A stretch of DNA of 64,000 nucleotides from a virus: the IMG/VR virus record IMGVR_UViG_3300027963_000039, one strand, 5' to 3'. The translations under genes were made by a program, and so were the position numbers. The stretch's first letter is position 1, and every line of letters begins with the position of its first letter. The notes under the pieces were generated by a model. That model searched no databases. It saw only the letters and a program-made list of their open reading frames with translations, and was not told where the DNA came from. Positions 27,059 to 36,520 of the stretch are shown here, in pieces.

Positions 27059-28419
27059 TGTATAATACTGCCAAAAAACTTAAAGAGATTGTCAAGGGAC
27101 CTGCACCAAAATCAACTTTTGGTACAGACCCTAGAGATCCTTGGTCAGCTAAAGCCGGTATTACTGAAGGTGCCTTAGAACAATATTTGATGTCGAGGGG
27201 AATTAATCCAAACTTTGTTTCTAAAGATACTAAAATCTCTCATGCAAAATCATCATCTTTCCTGAAATGGAAACGTGATCATATGATGGAAGAAACTGAT
27301 AAAAAAGACACAGTAGTTTTGGACATTCCTCTTTTAATTCGTGTTCTAGAATTGGCCAGAGAAGATATTAAAACCGACATGGACTTACACCGTGTAGTTG
27401 AGAAACTAATCTCAATACGCACTAAGGGTGTGTTGACCATGGACGATTACAATACTATTGCTGACATCAAAGAGAATCACATTGCAATCGCTATGGGTAA
27501 GATGTTAGATGATGAAGGAAGTATGGTTCTTGATCAGATGGATCAATTAGAGCGTGCTATCACAATGATTCGCAACCATATTGGTAAAGACTATGAGAAA
27601 CAACTTCCAGCATGGGTTCAGTCCAAGATAACACTTGCAACAGATTATGTTGATACTGTTGGTAACTATTTGACTACCAAAAATGAAGAAGTGGTTTCAG
27701 AAGTTAGTTCTGAACTATTGGATCGTTACAAAGAGAAAGCCAAGAAGTCTGCTGATGAGTTGACATCTAAGGGCCAACATAAAAAGTCCACAGACCGTTG
27801 GATGAATGTTATGAAGGCAACTGGTAAACAAATTGAAAAAACTACCGGAAACATTAGAAAAGCTTTAAACAAAGAAGATAAGTTTCAAGATACCTATGCA
27901 GCTACACAGACAGTAGGTCCAGAAGTTGAAAGTGCTGATAATAATTCAAATAAAATGTCCAAATCAGCAAAAATTATCAAATCTTTATATAAAAATAAAG
28001 GTGTGGAGGAAGGCTTGAAATCTATGTATCACAATGCTGTTGCTAAACATTATGGTCGTAAAGCAGACGATGCGTTTGACAATGGCGATGAGGAGGGCTT
28101 CAAAAAGTCTATGGACAAAAACATCAGCCATAAACTGAAAGCAGGCGAAAAGATTCCTCAAGTCCGCGATCCTAAAAAGTTTCAGCAAGGCATGGCGGAA
28201 GATATGTATGATACCGAAAAAGAAGATAAGTCGGTCGCATCGTATGGTAGACCACCAAAAATGTCATCGATAAATCCAAATAAAAATATTGGTGACAAAG
28301 CTCAGGCTGCAGCAGTTTTAACTGGCGGAAAAACTTTGACAGGAAAAACCAGAGATACGTTAGAGATTGATCCTATAATGCGAAAAGCAGGACCTTTGGA
28401 TCAGAATAAAAAAATATAA
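27058..28419 (+). CDS. Modular internal head protein
   Basis: Modules separated by ITE/IKE/VSE/VEE/MAE sites; LPAWVQSKIT module. Confidence 0.55.
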   Translation: MYNTAKKLKEIVKGPAPKSTFGTDPRDPWSAKAGITEGALEQYLMSRGINPNFVSKDTKISHAKSSSFLKWKRDHMMEETDKKDTVVLDIPLLIRVLELAREDIKTDMDLHRVVEKLISIRTKGVLTMDDYNTIADIKENHIAIAMGKMLDDEGSMVLDQMDQLERAITMIRNHIGKDYEKQLPAWVQSKITLATDYVDTVGNYLTTKNEEVVSEVSSELLDRYKEKAKKSADELTSKGQHKKSTDRWMNVMKATGKQIEKTTGNIRKALNKEDKFQDTYAATQTVGPEVESADNNSNKMSKSAKIIKSLYKNKGVEEGLKSMYHNAVAKHYGRKADDAFDNGDEEGFKKSMDKNISHKLKAGEKIPQVRDPKKFQQGMAEDMYDTEKEDKSVASYGRPPKMSSINPNKNIGDKAQAAAVLTGGKTLTGKTRDTLEIDPIMRKAGPLDQNKKI

Positions 28420-28461
28420 ACATAAATAGTACCATAACCAGAGGTTAACAAGGAGATTAAA

Positions 28462-29118
28462 ATGCCATTATGGGGAAATACAGATTCAGCGAATAACAAA
28501 CCACATTTCTCATCATTGAGAGAAGTTGTTCCTGTTACATCGCTAGTAACAGCAAACGCAACGACTGGTGGTAACACAATCGTGTTCACTTCCAATGCAA
28601 ACTTTTCAGTATTAACAACTGGAATGTTTGTTTACTCAGCCGATGCCAACAATGCAGTTTCACGTAACCAAAAAGATTTATCTATTTTGGATGGAAACGA
28701 AGCAGCATTTTGGAAATCAAATAACACAATCGCTAGAATTGATACTGCAAACTCATTAATTCAGATTAGAAACGTTGTAATGGGAACACTTGCAACCGGT
28801 TCAACTGTTTGGGTTGGCAATAACATTTCTTATCACGCCACCGCAGATGATGCTGGTTTTGGTGCTGCAAACGATGTTATTTTAGTTACAGCAACTCGGA
28901 TGGCCAACACACAAGGCACAACTGGCGCTGGTGGTTCAAATGTATCAAACACCAAACTAGGTAGTGTAAATGCAGGTTGGAACCGTATCACTCAGAAAAT
29001 TAACAATGACGGTACAGTTCGTTTCTTAAAAGAAACATTGGTTGCTCTTGCTAATCCAGTAGCTTCCAATACAAGTTCTGCCAATACTAGTGCTAACGCT
29101 ATTTTTGGTGGTCTATAA
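28462..29118 (+). CDS. Virion structural protein (Asn/Thr/Ala-rich)
   Basis: MPLWGNTD N-terminus, AGW...ETLVAL C-terminus; CATAAATA late-like promoter and AGGAG RBS upstream; terminator downstream. Confidence 0.6.
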   Translation: MPLWGNTDSANNKPHFSSLREVVPVTSLVTANATTGGNTIVFTSNANFSVLTTGMFVYSADANNAVSRNQKDLSILDGNEAAFWKSNNTIARIDTANSLIQIRNVVMGTLATGSTVWVGNNISYHATADDAGFGAANDVILVTATRMANTQGTTGAGGSNVSNTKLGSVNAGWNRITQKINNDGTVRFLKETLVALANPVASNTSSANTSANAIFGGL

Positions 29119-29131
29119 TTCACTATAAAGT

Positions 29132-29165
29132 AACCTTGCGGATTAAACTCCGCAAGGTTTTTTTT
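29132..29165 (+). terminator. Rho-independent terminator
   Basis: AACCTTGCGGA-ttaaac-TCCGCAAGGTT followed by T run. Confidence 0.9.
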
Positions 29166-29185
29166 GAAACATAATAATAAAAATA

Positions 29186-29572
29186 ATGATTGATGATTTG
29201 AATGAAGAAAATTTCATGATATATGCAATGAAGTGTTATAATTCACCTCATTGTATTATGTCTGAATTTGAAGGTGATATCAAAAGAACAAAATATTTAA
29301 AGAGATTGTTCCGTAGATATAAAATCACCAAATCTCTAAAAGAGAGATTAATACTTAATCACATTATTTTATTGAATAATGTTTTTGGTCCGTTGGCGAC
29401 ATCGAGAATATTATTCTATAAAACCGATGAAAGAGACTACGATATACTTAAAACGTTTTTGTCGTATCTTGATATTATGCCGGAAGAAATTAAGGGTATT
29501 AGGGGTATGAATTTGCATACATCCAGTATTCCCTTAGAACCTAATGTTGTAGAAATATTAAGACGCATATGA
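29186..29572 (+). CDS. Conserved T4-like hypothetical protein
   Basis: YAMKCYNSPHC...ERLILNHIILLNNVFG. Confidence 0.75.
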   Translation: MIDDLNEENFMIYAMKCYNSPHCIMSEFEGDIKRTKYLKRLFRRYKITKSLKERLILNHIILLNNVFGPLATSRILFYKTDERDYDILKTFLSYLDIMPEEIKGIRGMNLHTSSIPLEPNVVEILRRI

Positions 29573-30012
29573 AAACCTTTAGACAATTCATCAATGAAAA
29601 CTCTTATTGTGTTACAGCTTTAGAAAAAGGCTTAAAACAATTAGATAAACATGATTATGATTCAATTAATAAATTGATGATGGATATATCTAAAAAAAAC
29701 AACACTACCGGTAAAGATTTACACAACGATTTTGTATCCAAACACGGCAAAACTCCCGATGAATGGATTAAACAAGGTTTGAAAGAAGATTTAAGAAAAT
29801 GGTTTAAACAAAAGTGGGTTCGCATGGACACCAAAGGTAATATTAAAGGTGATTGTGCTAGAGAACCCGGTGAAGGTAAACCAAAATGTCTACCTCAAGC
29901 AAAAGCTCAGGCTATCGGTAAAGATGCTCGTGCTTCTGCTGCTCAAAGAAAACGTAGGGAAGATCCAAATCCAGAACGCCGTGGCGCACCAATCAATGTT
30001 AGAACCAAATGA
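29569..30012 (+). CDS. Capsid-targeted small basic protein
   Basis: MKTFRQFINE; EDLRKWFKQKWV...KPKCLP module. Confidence 0.65.
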   Translation: MKTFRQFINENSYCVTALEKGLKQLDKHDYDSINKLMMDISKKNNTTGKDLHNDFVSKHGKTPDEWIKQGLKEDLRKWFKQKWVRMDTKGNIKGDCAREPGEGKPKCLPQAKAQAIGKDARASAAQRKRREDPNPERRGAPINVRTK

Positions 30013-30608
30013 AAACTTTTAAAGAATTCCAAGACCATTTGTTTGAAAAAAATGTTCCAACCAGTCCAGAAAAGTGGGCTGCTGCAAAAGCTGCAGCTAA
30101 ATCTAAATTTGCTGTTTATCCTTCTGCTTATGCGAACGGATGGGCTTCGAAGAAATACAAATCTATGGGTGGTGGATGGAAAAGTGTCAGTGAGGAATTT
30201 GAACAATCTGTATTGATAGATTTGGAAGAATTGTTTGATTCTATTGAAGATATTGTTGAACATGTTGCTGAGAGACACGGAATGGATTCAGAAATATTGT
30301 GGGAAGAACTCGAATCTATAACTGACGAAGAATTAATAGAAGCTACCGCAGCATGGCAAAGATCAGCAGGTAAAGACCCTAAGGGTGGATTGAACCGTAA
30401 AGGAATTGCTTCTTATCGTAGACAACATCCAGGTTCTAAGTTATCTATGGCTGTTACAACAAAACCATCAAAATTAAAACCCGGATCGAAGGCTGCTAAA
30501 CGTAGAAAATCTTTCTGCGCTCGTATGGGCGGAATGCAAGGTGCGATGAAGAAACCAAATGGCAAACCAACCCGCAAAGCATTAGCTTTAAGGAAGTGGA
30601 ACTGTTAA
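30009..30608 (+). CDS. Capsid-targeted basic protein (DUF6321-like C-terminal module)
   Basis: MKTFKEF; YPSAYAN module; AWQRSAGKDPKGGLN...RRKSFCARM...ALRKWNC. Confidence 0.7.
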   Translation: MKTFKEFQDHLFEKNVPTSPEKWAAAKAAAKSKFAVYPSAYANGWASKKYKSMGGGWKSVSEEFEQSVLIDLEELFDSIEDIVEHVAERHGMDSEILWEELESITDEELIEATAAWQRSAGKDPKGGLNRKGIASYRRQHPGSKLSMAVTTKPSKLKPGSKAAKRRKSFCARMGGMQGAMKKPNGKPTRKALALRKWNC

Positions 30609-30850
30609 TGAAAACATTAAAACAATTTCGTGAAGCTTGTTGGTCAGGTTACAAACGCAAAAAAGGCACACAAGAATACGAAAAAGGCAGCTGCGTCAGA
30701 GAAGATGGTGTTGCTGTTGCTGGACCAACTAACGCAGTAAGTTCTGGTGCTATTGCTGGTTCTGGTGGTGCTGGTGGAGAACCTGGTGTTCATCTAAAGA
30801 AAAAGAATCCTATTATTTTGCCTATGGGTAAAAGAAAGTCGCCTGTCTAA
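30608..30850 (+). CDS. Capsid-targeted small protein
   Basis: MKTLKQFRE; CWSGY..C module; Gly-rich tail. Confidence 0.6.
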   Translation: MKTLKQFREACWSGYKRKKGTQEYEKGSCVREDGVAVAGPTNAVSSGAIAGSGGAGGEPGVHLKKKNPIILPMGKRKSPV

Positions 30851-31296
30851 TGTGGTTACTATCGTGGTTGCCTGATTGGTTATTCTACACAATATTTTTT
30901 GTTGGACTATTAGGTCTTTTGGTAACTTATGTTGTAAAATTTATACCTTTCATAAACACATTTCAAGAACCTATAAGATTAGTTTCGATGGTTGCAATTA
31001 TTTTTGCAACATACATGATTGGTGGAATATCAAATGAAGCTTCATGGAAAGAAAAAGTTGCTGAGATGGAAAAGAAAGCATCTATTGCACAAGTAGAATC
31101 ATCAAAGCAAAATGTAAAGATTGTTGAAAAAGTAGTTAAGAAAACAGAATATATCACACGCAGAGGTCAAGATATTGTTACATATGTCGATAGAGAAGTA
31201 ACAAAATATGATGCAAAATTTGCACCAGGTGGTATATGTGAGATACCAAAAGAATTTATTAAAGCGCATAATGATGCAGCTGAGGCACCAAAATGA
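30850..31296 (+). CDS. i-spanin (Rz-like)
   Basis: N-terminal TM helices, coiled coil, C-terminal Cys; precedes lipoprotein and endolysin. Confidence 0.7.
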   Translation: MWLLSWLPDWLFYTIFFVGLLGLLVTYVVKFIPFINTFQEPIRLVSMVAIIFATYMIGGISNEASWKEKVAEMEKKASIAQVESSKQNVKIVEKVVKKTEYITRRGQDIVTYVDREVTKYDAKFAPGGICEIPKEFIKAHNDAAEAPK

Positions 31297-31556
31297 AATA
31301 CATTGCCTGTTTGTTTATTGTTCTGTTATCAGGTTGTTCTACGGTTGTTCCCGTTTCGATGAAATTTCCTGATGTACCCGAAAGGTTGTTACAAAAGTGT
31401 TCTACACTTGAGAAATTGGAAAATGAATCAAAACTTAGTGATATATCGAAAACGATTACAAATAACTATACAACATATTATGAATGTGCAGTAAAAACTG
31501 ACGCATGGATTGAATGGTATAATATACAAAAAAATATATTCAATGGAGTAAAATAA
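31293..31556 (+). CDS. o-spanin lipoprotein (Rz1-like)
   Basis: Lipobox LLSGC, Pro-rich segment, two further Cys. Confidence 0.75.
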   Translation: MKYIACLFIVLLSGCSTVVPVSMKFPDVPERLLQKCSTLEKLENESKLSDISKTITNNYTTYYECAVKTDAWIEWYNIQKNIFNGVK

Positions 31557-32170
31557 TGGAATTAACATTAGACAAACTAAAAAAAATTATGGGTAATAAC
31601 CAGTATATCGAATATTGGTACCAAGCTTTTGAGAAAATATTACCAGAGTATGAAATTGATTCTGCTCCACGGATAGCAGCTTTCTTAGCGCAATGTGGTC
31701 ACGAATCTGGTAATTTCACAGCACTCCAAGAAAATTTAAATTACAAAGCAGAATCTTTGATGCGTGTTTGGCCTAAATATTTCCACGACATTGATACTGC
31801 AAATCATTATGCACATAAACCAGAAATGATTGCAAACAGAGCATACGCAAATCGTATGGGCAACGGACCAGAAGAAACTGGTGATGGTTGGAAATTTTGC
31901 GGTAGAGGTCTAATTCAATTGACAGGTAAATCAAACTACCAAGCTTTTGCTGAAAGTTTGGAGATGGATTTAGAAGAAGTTCCTGCGTATCTTGGAACAT
32001 TTGAGGGTGCAATTCAATCTGCTTGTTGGTTTTGGGAAGCCAACAACCTAAATAAGTTTGCAGACTCAGGTGATATCAAAGGTATGACAAAGGTCATCAA
32101 TGGCGGATATCTAGGTCTGGAAGATCGTGAGAAACACTATCATCATGCAATCGAAATACTAAGTTCTTAA
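31556..32170 (+). CDS. Endolysin, glycoside hydrolase family 19
   Basis: AAFLAQCGHES, ENLNY, GRGLIQLTG..NY, SACWFW, INGG..GL. Confidence 0.93.
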   Translation: MELTLDKLKKIMGNNQYIEYWYQAFEKILPEYEIDSAPRIAAFLAQCGHESGNFTALQENLNYKAESLMRVWPKYFHDIDTANHYAHKPEMIANRAYANRMGNGPEETGDGWKFCGRGLIQLTGKSNYQAFAESLEMDLEEVPAYLGTFEGAIQSACWFWEANNLNKFADSGDIKGMTKVINGGYLGLEDREKHYHHAIEILSS

Positions 32171-32247
32171 ATAAATTTTTTGCGAATTTTATAAATGGCA
32201 CCTTTGGAGTATGTTATGAACTATCTTACTAAGGGAAATTATAAAAA

Positions 32248-32742
32248 ATGCAATCAAAAAAGTACGGTAAAATATTCGCTGCCGCATTATTAGTATTCTC
32301 AACATTCACATATGCTGATGCAATCGTAACAGATTCCACATCAAGAAGTTATAGTGATTCAAATTCAACAACAACGGTAAAATCTCCGCCTCCAACAGCC
32401 GTTGCGCCAACAATTACATCTATCAATAACGATTTATGTATTGTTGGCGCTTCTGGTGCAGTTCAGACACAAATCTTGGGTATGTCGTTCGGTACGACCA
32501 CAAGAGATATGAATTGTGAAAGAATCAAGCTATCTAAAAATCTATATGATATGGGTATGAAGGTAGCCGCAGTTGCAACTCTATGCCAAGACGAAAGAGT
32601 TTTCATTGCAATGATGAACGCAGGAACACCTTGCCCAATCGATGGCAAGATTGGTACTGAAGCAAGAGAATTGTGGGAACAAAATCCTTCCCGTCAGCCA
32701 AAAAATTCAGAAGAAAAATCTGTAGTAACAAATCGTAAATAA
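32248..32742 (+). CDS. Exported Cys-containing protein
   Basis: Sec signal (..TYA-D), four Cys, SPPPTAVAP. Confidence 0.7.
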   Translation: MQSKKYGKIFAAALLVFSTFTYADAIVTDSTSRSYSDSNSTTTVKSPPPTAVAPTITSINNDLCIVGASGAVQTQILGMSFGTTTRDMNCERIKLSKNLYDMGMKVAAVATLCQDERVFIAMMNAGTPCPIDGKIGTEARELWEQNPSRQPKNSEEKSVVTNRK

Positions 32743-34436
32743 TGAAAAGCCTTTTGTTATGTCTGGCATTTTTTTGTGTTGGTGCTAATGCTCAGATAGT
32801 TTCTATACCAATTCCTGGAAGTCCACTTTCGTTAAGTGTGCTTGCTAATCCTCAGCCTTTACAGGAACTAAAAAACAATCCATCAGCAACTGCTCACTAT
32901 CTAGGAGATGATGGTTGGGCAAATGTACCGCTGCCATTTGCTTTCCCCTTCTACGGACAATCATTCAATGCATCTACCATGTATAGTAATGGTGCAGTAC
33001 AGTTTGGTGCAAATCGTTCCGCTTCTAATAACAGTTTTTGTTGTGCGGGGTTGCAACTCTCCTCATCAATGGGTCCACAATATAACTATTCCATAATGCC
33101 ATTATGGACCGACTTGATTGGTGCTGAGGGAAACAATCACTACACACTAGGAACAACCAACTCTATGACCTATGGATGGTATGGGGTTCAACAGTACGGC
33201 AGACCTGACAGTAGAAGCAGTTTTGAATTGAAGGTTGATTCCTCTGGTGGTATCGATATGCGATGGTCTGGTGCTATGGTAACTGCACATCCTGTGACCA
33301 TCGGAACGATTGGTAATTCTGCACTGGGTGAATTCACACAAAACTATTTCGGTCCATCAGGTATCAACATTACTAATCCCACTCAGCTTAGTACCGGCGG
33401 TATCGATATGTGTCTTTTGAGTCCTTTAAGTTCACCAACGTGTGCTGGTTATCAAGAAGCGTACAGAACACAACAATGTACAATTAATGTGTTATATGAC
33501 CAGTCTTGTCCTGGTTATCAAATGGCATATTTCAATCAACAATGTTCAATCAATCCTCTGTATAATATAGACTGTCTAGGTTATGCACCAGCATATCTAA
33601 ATGCACAATGCAGGTCAAATCCACTATATTCAACTACATGTGAAGGATATGAACAAGCATATTTAAATGCTGAATGTATTAAAGATTCTTTGTATAGTAA
33701 ATTATGTTCTGGTTATGCAACAGCTTATGCAATTAAGTATCTTGTTCCAAATATTGATTCAACAGCAGTAAACTCATCTTTATCCTCTACAGCTGCAACC
33801 AGAGCGAGTGATCCAACTAGCATCAATACAAACGGTAGAGTATCAACTACCATGGCATCCACAACAATAAACAATGATGGTTCGATATCAACAGGCGTAT
33901 CACCAACAGGTAATAGTAATGTTGATTCTGTCATACAGAATAGAGCGACCTCAGCAACAGGAACATCTCCTGCCGCAGCAGTTCAATTATCTCCACAACC
34001 ACCACAAAACACACCTACAGCTCAGAGACAAGAACAAAAACCTGAAGGTGGGCAACAAAATGCTCAAGGTGGTTCTCAACAAGATAAAAAAGATCAACCT
34101 AAAAGTGCGAGACAAGAATTACAAGAACGTAGAGAAGCTGCAGCTAAAAAAGAGGCTGTTGAAAAATCGAAAGACTTAGCTAATCAAATGTCTCAAGCTG
34201 AAAGTATGCAACAACAAGTTGCTGTTCAAAATATTGTAATACAAGCGATGGGATTTACTCCAGGTTTCGATGTGTACAACAGAACAATTGTTCCTGATGG
34301 AAAAATGTATCGACCATACACCGTTTACAATAATCAACAAAACGTTGACAATCGTAGAGCAAATATTGGTTTGTTCGGAACAACAAATTCAAAATATGAA
34401 GAATTGTTAAATTCACAATATGAGGTAGGAAAATAA
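32742..34436 (+). CDS. Exported protein: NIDO-like domain + five 22-aa Cys repeats + Ser/Thr linker + helical C-terminus
   Basis: Signal peptide; GDD...LPFAFPFYG...SNG...IMPLWTDL; repeats C-x2-NPLY-x3-C-x-GY-x2-AY. Confidence 0.7.
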   Translation: MKSLLLCLAFFCVGANAQIVSIPIPGSPLSLSVLANPQPLQELKNNPSATAHYLGDDGWANVPLPFAFPFYGQSFNASTMYSNGAVQFGANRSASNNSFCCAGLQLSSSMGPQYNYSIMPLWTDLIGAEGNNHYTLGTTNSMTYGWYGVQQYGRPDSRSSFELKVDSSGGIDMRWSGAMVTAHPVTIGTIGNSALGEFTQNYFGPSGINITNPTQLSTGGIDMCLLSPLSSPTCAGYQEAYRTQQCTINVLYDQSCPGYQMAYFNQQCSINPLYNIDCLGYAPAYLNAQCRSNPLYSTTCEGYEQAYLNAECIKDSLYSKLCSGYATAYAIKYLVPNIDSTAVNSSLSSTAATRASDPTSINTNGRVSTTMASTTINNDGSISTGVSPTGNSNVDSVIQNRATSATGTSPAAAVQLSPQPPQNTPTAQRQEQKPEGGQQNAQGGSQQDKKDQPKSARQELQERREAAAKKEAVEKSKDLANQMSQAESMQQQVAVQNIVIQAMGFTPGFDVYNRTIVPDGKMYRPYTVYNNQQNVDNRRANIGLFGTTNSKYEELLNSQYEVGK

Positions 34437-34437
34437 A

Positions 34438-34563
34438 ATGGCAGCAACAGCTTTTGTTATTGGTTTTTTTACAGCATTAGGTTGGTGGTCTGCTGGAAAA
34501 ATAACCAAAACGATTGACACTCCACCAACAATAACACAACAAGAAAATCAAAAGGAAAAATAA
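34438..34563 (+). CDS. Small single-TM peptide (41 aa)
   Basis: MAATAFVIGFFTALGWWSAGK...; exactly fills the gap between neighbours. Confidence 0.6.
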   Translation: MAATAFVIGFFTALGWWSAGKITKTIDTPPTITQQENQKEK

Positions 34564-34564
34564 A

Positions 34565-35164
34565 ATGTCAGAAGAAATCAAAGACGTTAATGCAAAAATT
34601 GATGAATTGGAAGCTGCAACTAAAAAGTATGCTAGCAAAGATACAGTCATCAGCATTGGTGGCTATGAATTTACCCCTGCAAAATTAATGGTTGCATTTA
34701 CTATTGTATCATCAACACTTGGTGGTCTCTATGGTGCATTTGAAGTTTATAAAGATTATCAAAGCATGAAGAAGAAGATTGCTGATTATGTTACTCCTGA
34801 TTTAACAGAAATCTATAAAAAGATGGATGTGTTGGATGCAAACACAAGCAAAATGACTGAATATACTAATAACATCAAGAACGATCTTAAACAAGATGTT
34901 CGTAGAGTTGAATCTGTAGTTGAAAACATTGAGAGATCCACAAAATCTAATCAAAGAGATACTGACCAAACAATCAAAGAAATAAAAAAAGACTCTGATG
35001 CAACTTTAAAAGAAGTTAGAAGATATAGTGATCAGAGTGTTAAAGAAGTTACACAAGAATTGGTTAAGAATCAAAAAGAAACAACGGCAGAAATTCGTGC
35101 GTTGAGAAACGAAGTTGATATGAAGATTAAAAGAGCTCTAGACAACCCACTTTCAAAAGACTGA
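34565..35164 (+). CDS. Membrane-anchored coiled-coil protein
   Basis: One TM (LMVAFTIVSSTLGGLYGAF) then heptad-rich helix. Confidence 0.7.
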   Translation: MSEEIKDVNAKIDELEAATKKYASKDTVISIGGYEFTPAKLMVAFTIVSSTLGGLYGAFEVYKDYQSMKKKIADYVTPDLTEIYKKMDVLDANTSKMTEYTNNIKNDLKQDVRRVESVVENIERSTKSNQRDTDQTIKEIKKDSDATLKEVRRYSDQSVKEVTQELVKNQKETTAEIRALRNEVDMKIKRALDNPLSKD

Positions 35165-35272
35165 AATATTACTTCAAATAAATAATGTATAGTCCATACA
35201 TTTTTTTCGATATGTGGATACAATATTCACTAGAAGTGTATTTTTTACCATATAAAATAATTGGAATTCAAA

Positions 35273-35812
35273 ATGGCAGATAGTAAACCATTATCCCGCT
35301 CAGAGCGGGAAGCACTAATAAAAGATAAAGCTGGTTGGGTTATCACGGTACTAGCAGCATTACTTGCTATCAACACCCTAATGGGTGGAAGTAATTCAAG
35401 TAAGGTATTGAATAACACCATTGAAGCAAACAACACTTGGGCATTTTACCAGGCAAAATCTATCAAACAAACCCTCGCAGAAATGGCATATGATGATGCT
35501 ACTAGAGCTAAAGATACAAAAAAGGCAGAATTTCTAAAGGCTAAGATTGATCGTTACGATAATGAGCCGAATGAAGGCAAAAAAGATTTAATGGCAAAAG
35601 CCAGAAAATTAGAGTCCGAAAGAGCTGTTGCCAAATCACGTAGTCCGTGGTATACTTATGCGGGCAGCTTATTCCAAATCGCTATCGTGTTGCTTACCGC
35701 TAGTATTTTGGCAGTTAATAATAGATTATATCACGCCAGTATTGGTGTTGGTATTTTAGGTGCAGTATTAATGAGTCAAGCCGTTTGGCTTTGGATACCT
35801 ATCGTAATATAA
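35273..35812 (+). CDS. DUF4337-like membrane protein
   Basis: TM, NNTWAFYQAKSIKQ motif, two C-terminal TMs (FQIAIVL). Confidence 0.7.
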   Translation: MADSKPLSRSEREALIKDKAGWVITVLAALLAINTLMGGSNSSKVLNNTIEANNTWAFYQAKSIKQTLAEMAYDDATRAKDTKKAEFLKAKIDRYDNEPNEGKKDLMAKARKLESERAVAKSRSPWYTYAGSLFQIAIVLLTASILAVNNRLYHASIGVGILGAVLMSQAVWLWIPIVI

Positions 35813-35827
35813 AAAAAGGATTTTATT

Positions 35828-36520
35828 ATGGAAAGAAGATTGATTTTTTTTAGTGGTGGACTGGATAGCACAGCTCTATTAACTCTATCCACACCTGATG
35901 ATATTATAGTTACGATTATTGATACTCCAGGAAATAAAGTAAATTGGTTCCACGATGTTGATATTGCGAAAGTTAAGAAAATTGCTAAACATTTTAATAG
36001 ATTTATTTATTTTAATCCTGTTCATATACCTGTTGCCGAAATTGAAAAGGGTCAAGGCGTAGAACAAACAAACGTTATGTTTTCAATTGCAAATAATTGG
36101 GCGAGAATAAAGGGAGAAAGTTTAAAAGAGGTTTGGTGGGGAGTATATGATTCCGAGATGGAACATAATTTGGATAATAAAAAGTTGAGGCGAGATTGGT
36201 TTAAAGCATGGGAAATATTACATCCAAATATTAAATTTCATAATCCCTTTGGACATTTACATAAATCTGATTGTTGGAAAATGATTCCAGACCAAGTTAA
36301 ACCTTTAGTGCATGTTTGCCGAGCAATTCCAAAAGGAAATATTGAAACTTGTATTTGTAATAAGTGTAATAGACATAGAAGAGCTATAACTCCGGGATCA
36401 TATTCTGGCAGTTATCACCGAAAGATTATACCGGAAGGCAAATATAAAGGAGATTTTATTGCCTACGACCCGTCTGGTGAAAGTAATATAACATATCTTT
36501 TAAGAGCAGAGGAACAATAA
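35828..36520 (+). CDS. QueC-like PP-loop ATPase
   Basis: FSGGLDST PP-loop; C-terminal C...CxCxxC zinc motif; NPF..LxK. Confidence 0.7.
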   Translation: MERRLIFFSGGLDSTALLTLSTPDDIIVTIIDTPGNKVNWFHDVDIAKVKKIAKHFNRFIYFNPVHIPVAEIEKGQGVEQTNVMFSIANNWARIKGESLKEVWWGVYDSEMEHNLDNKKLRRDWFKAWEILHPNIKFHNPFGHLHKSDCWKMIPDQVKPLVHVCRAIPKGNIETCICNKCNRHRRAITPGSYSGSYHRKIIPEGKYKGDFIAYDPSGESNITYLLRAEEQ

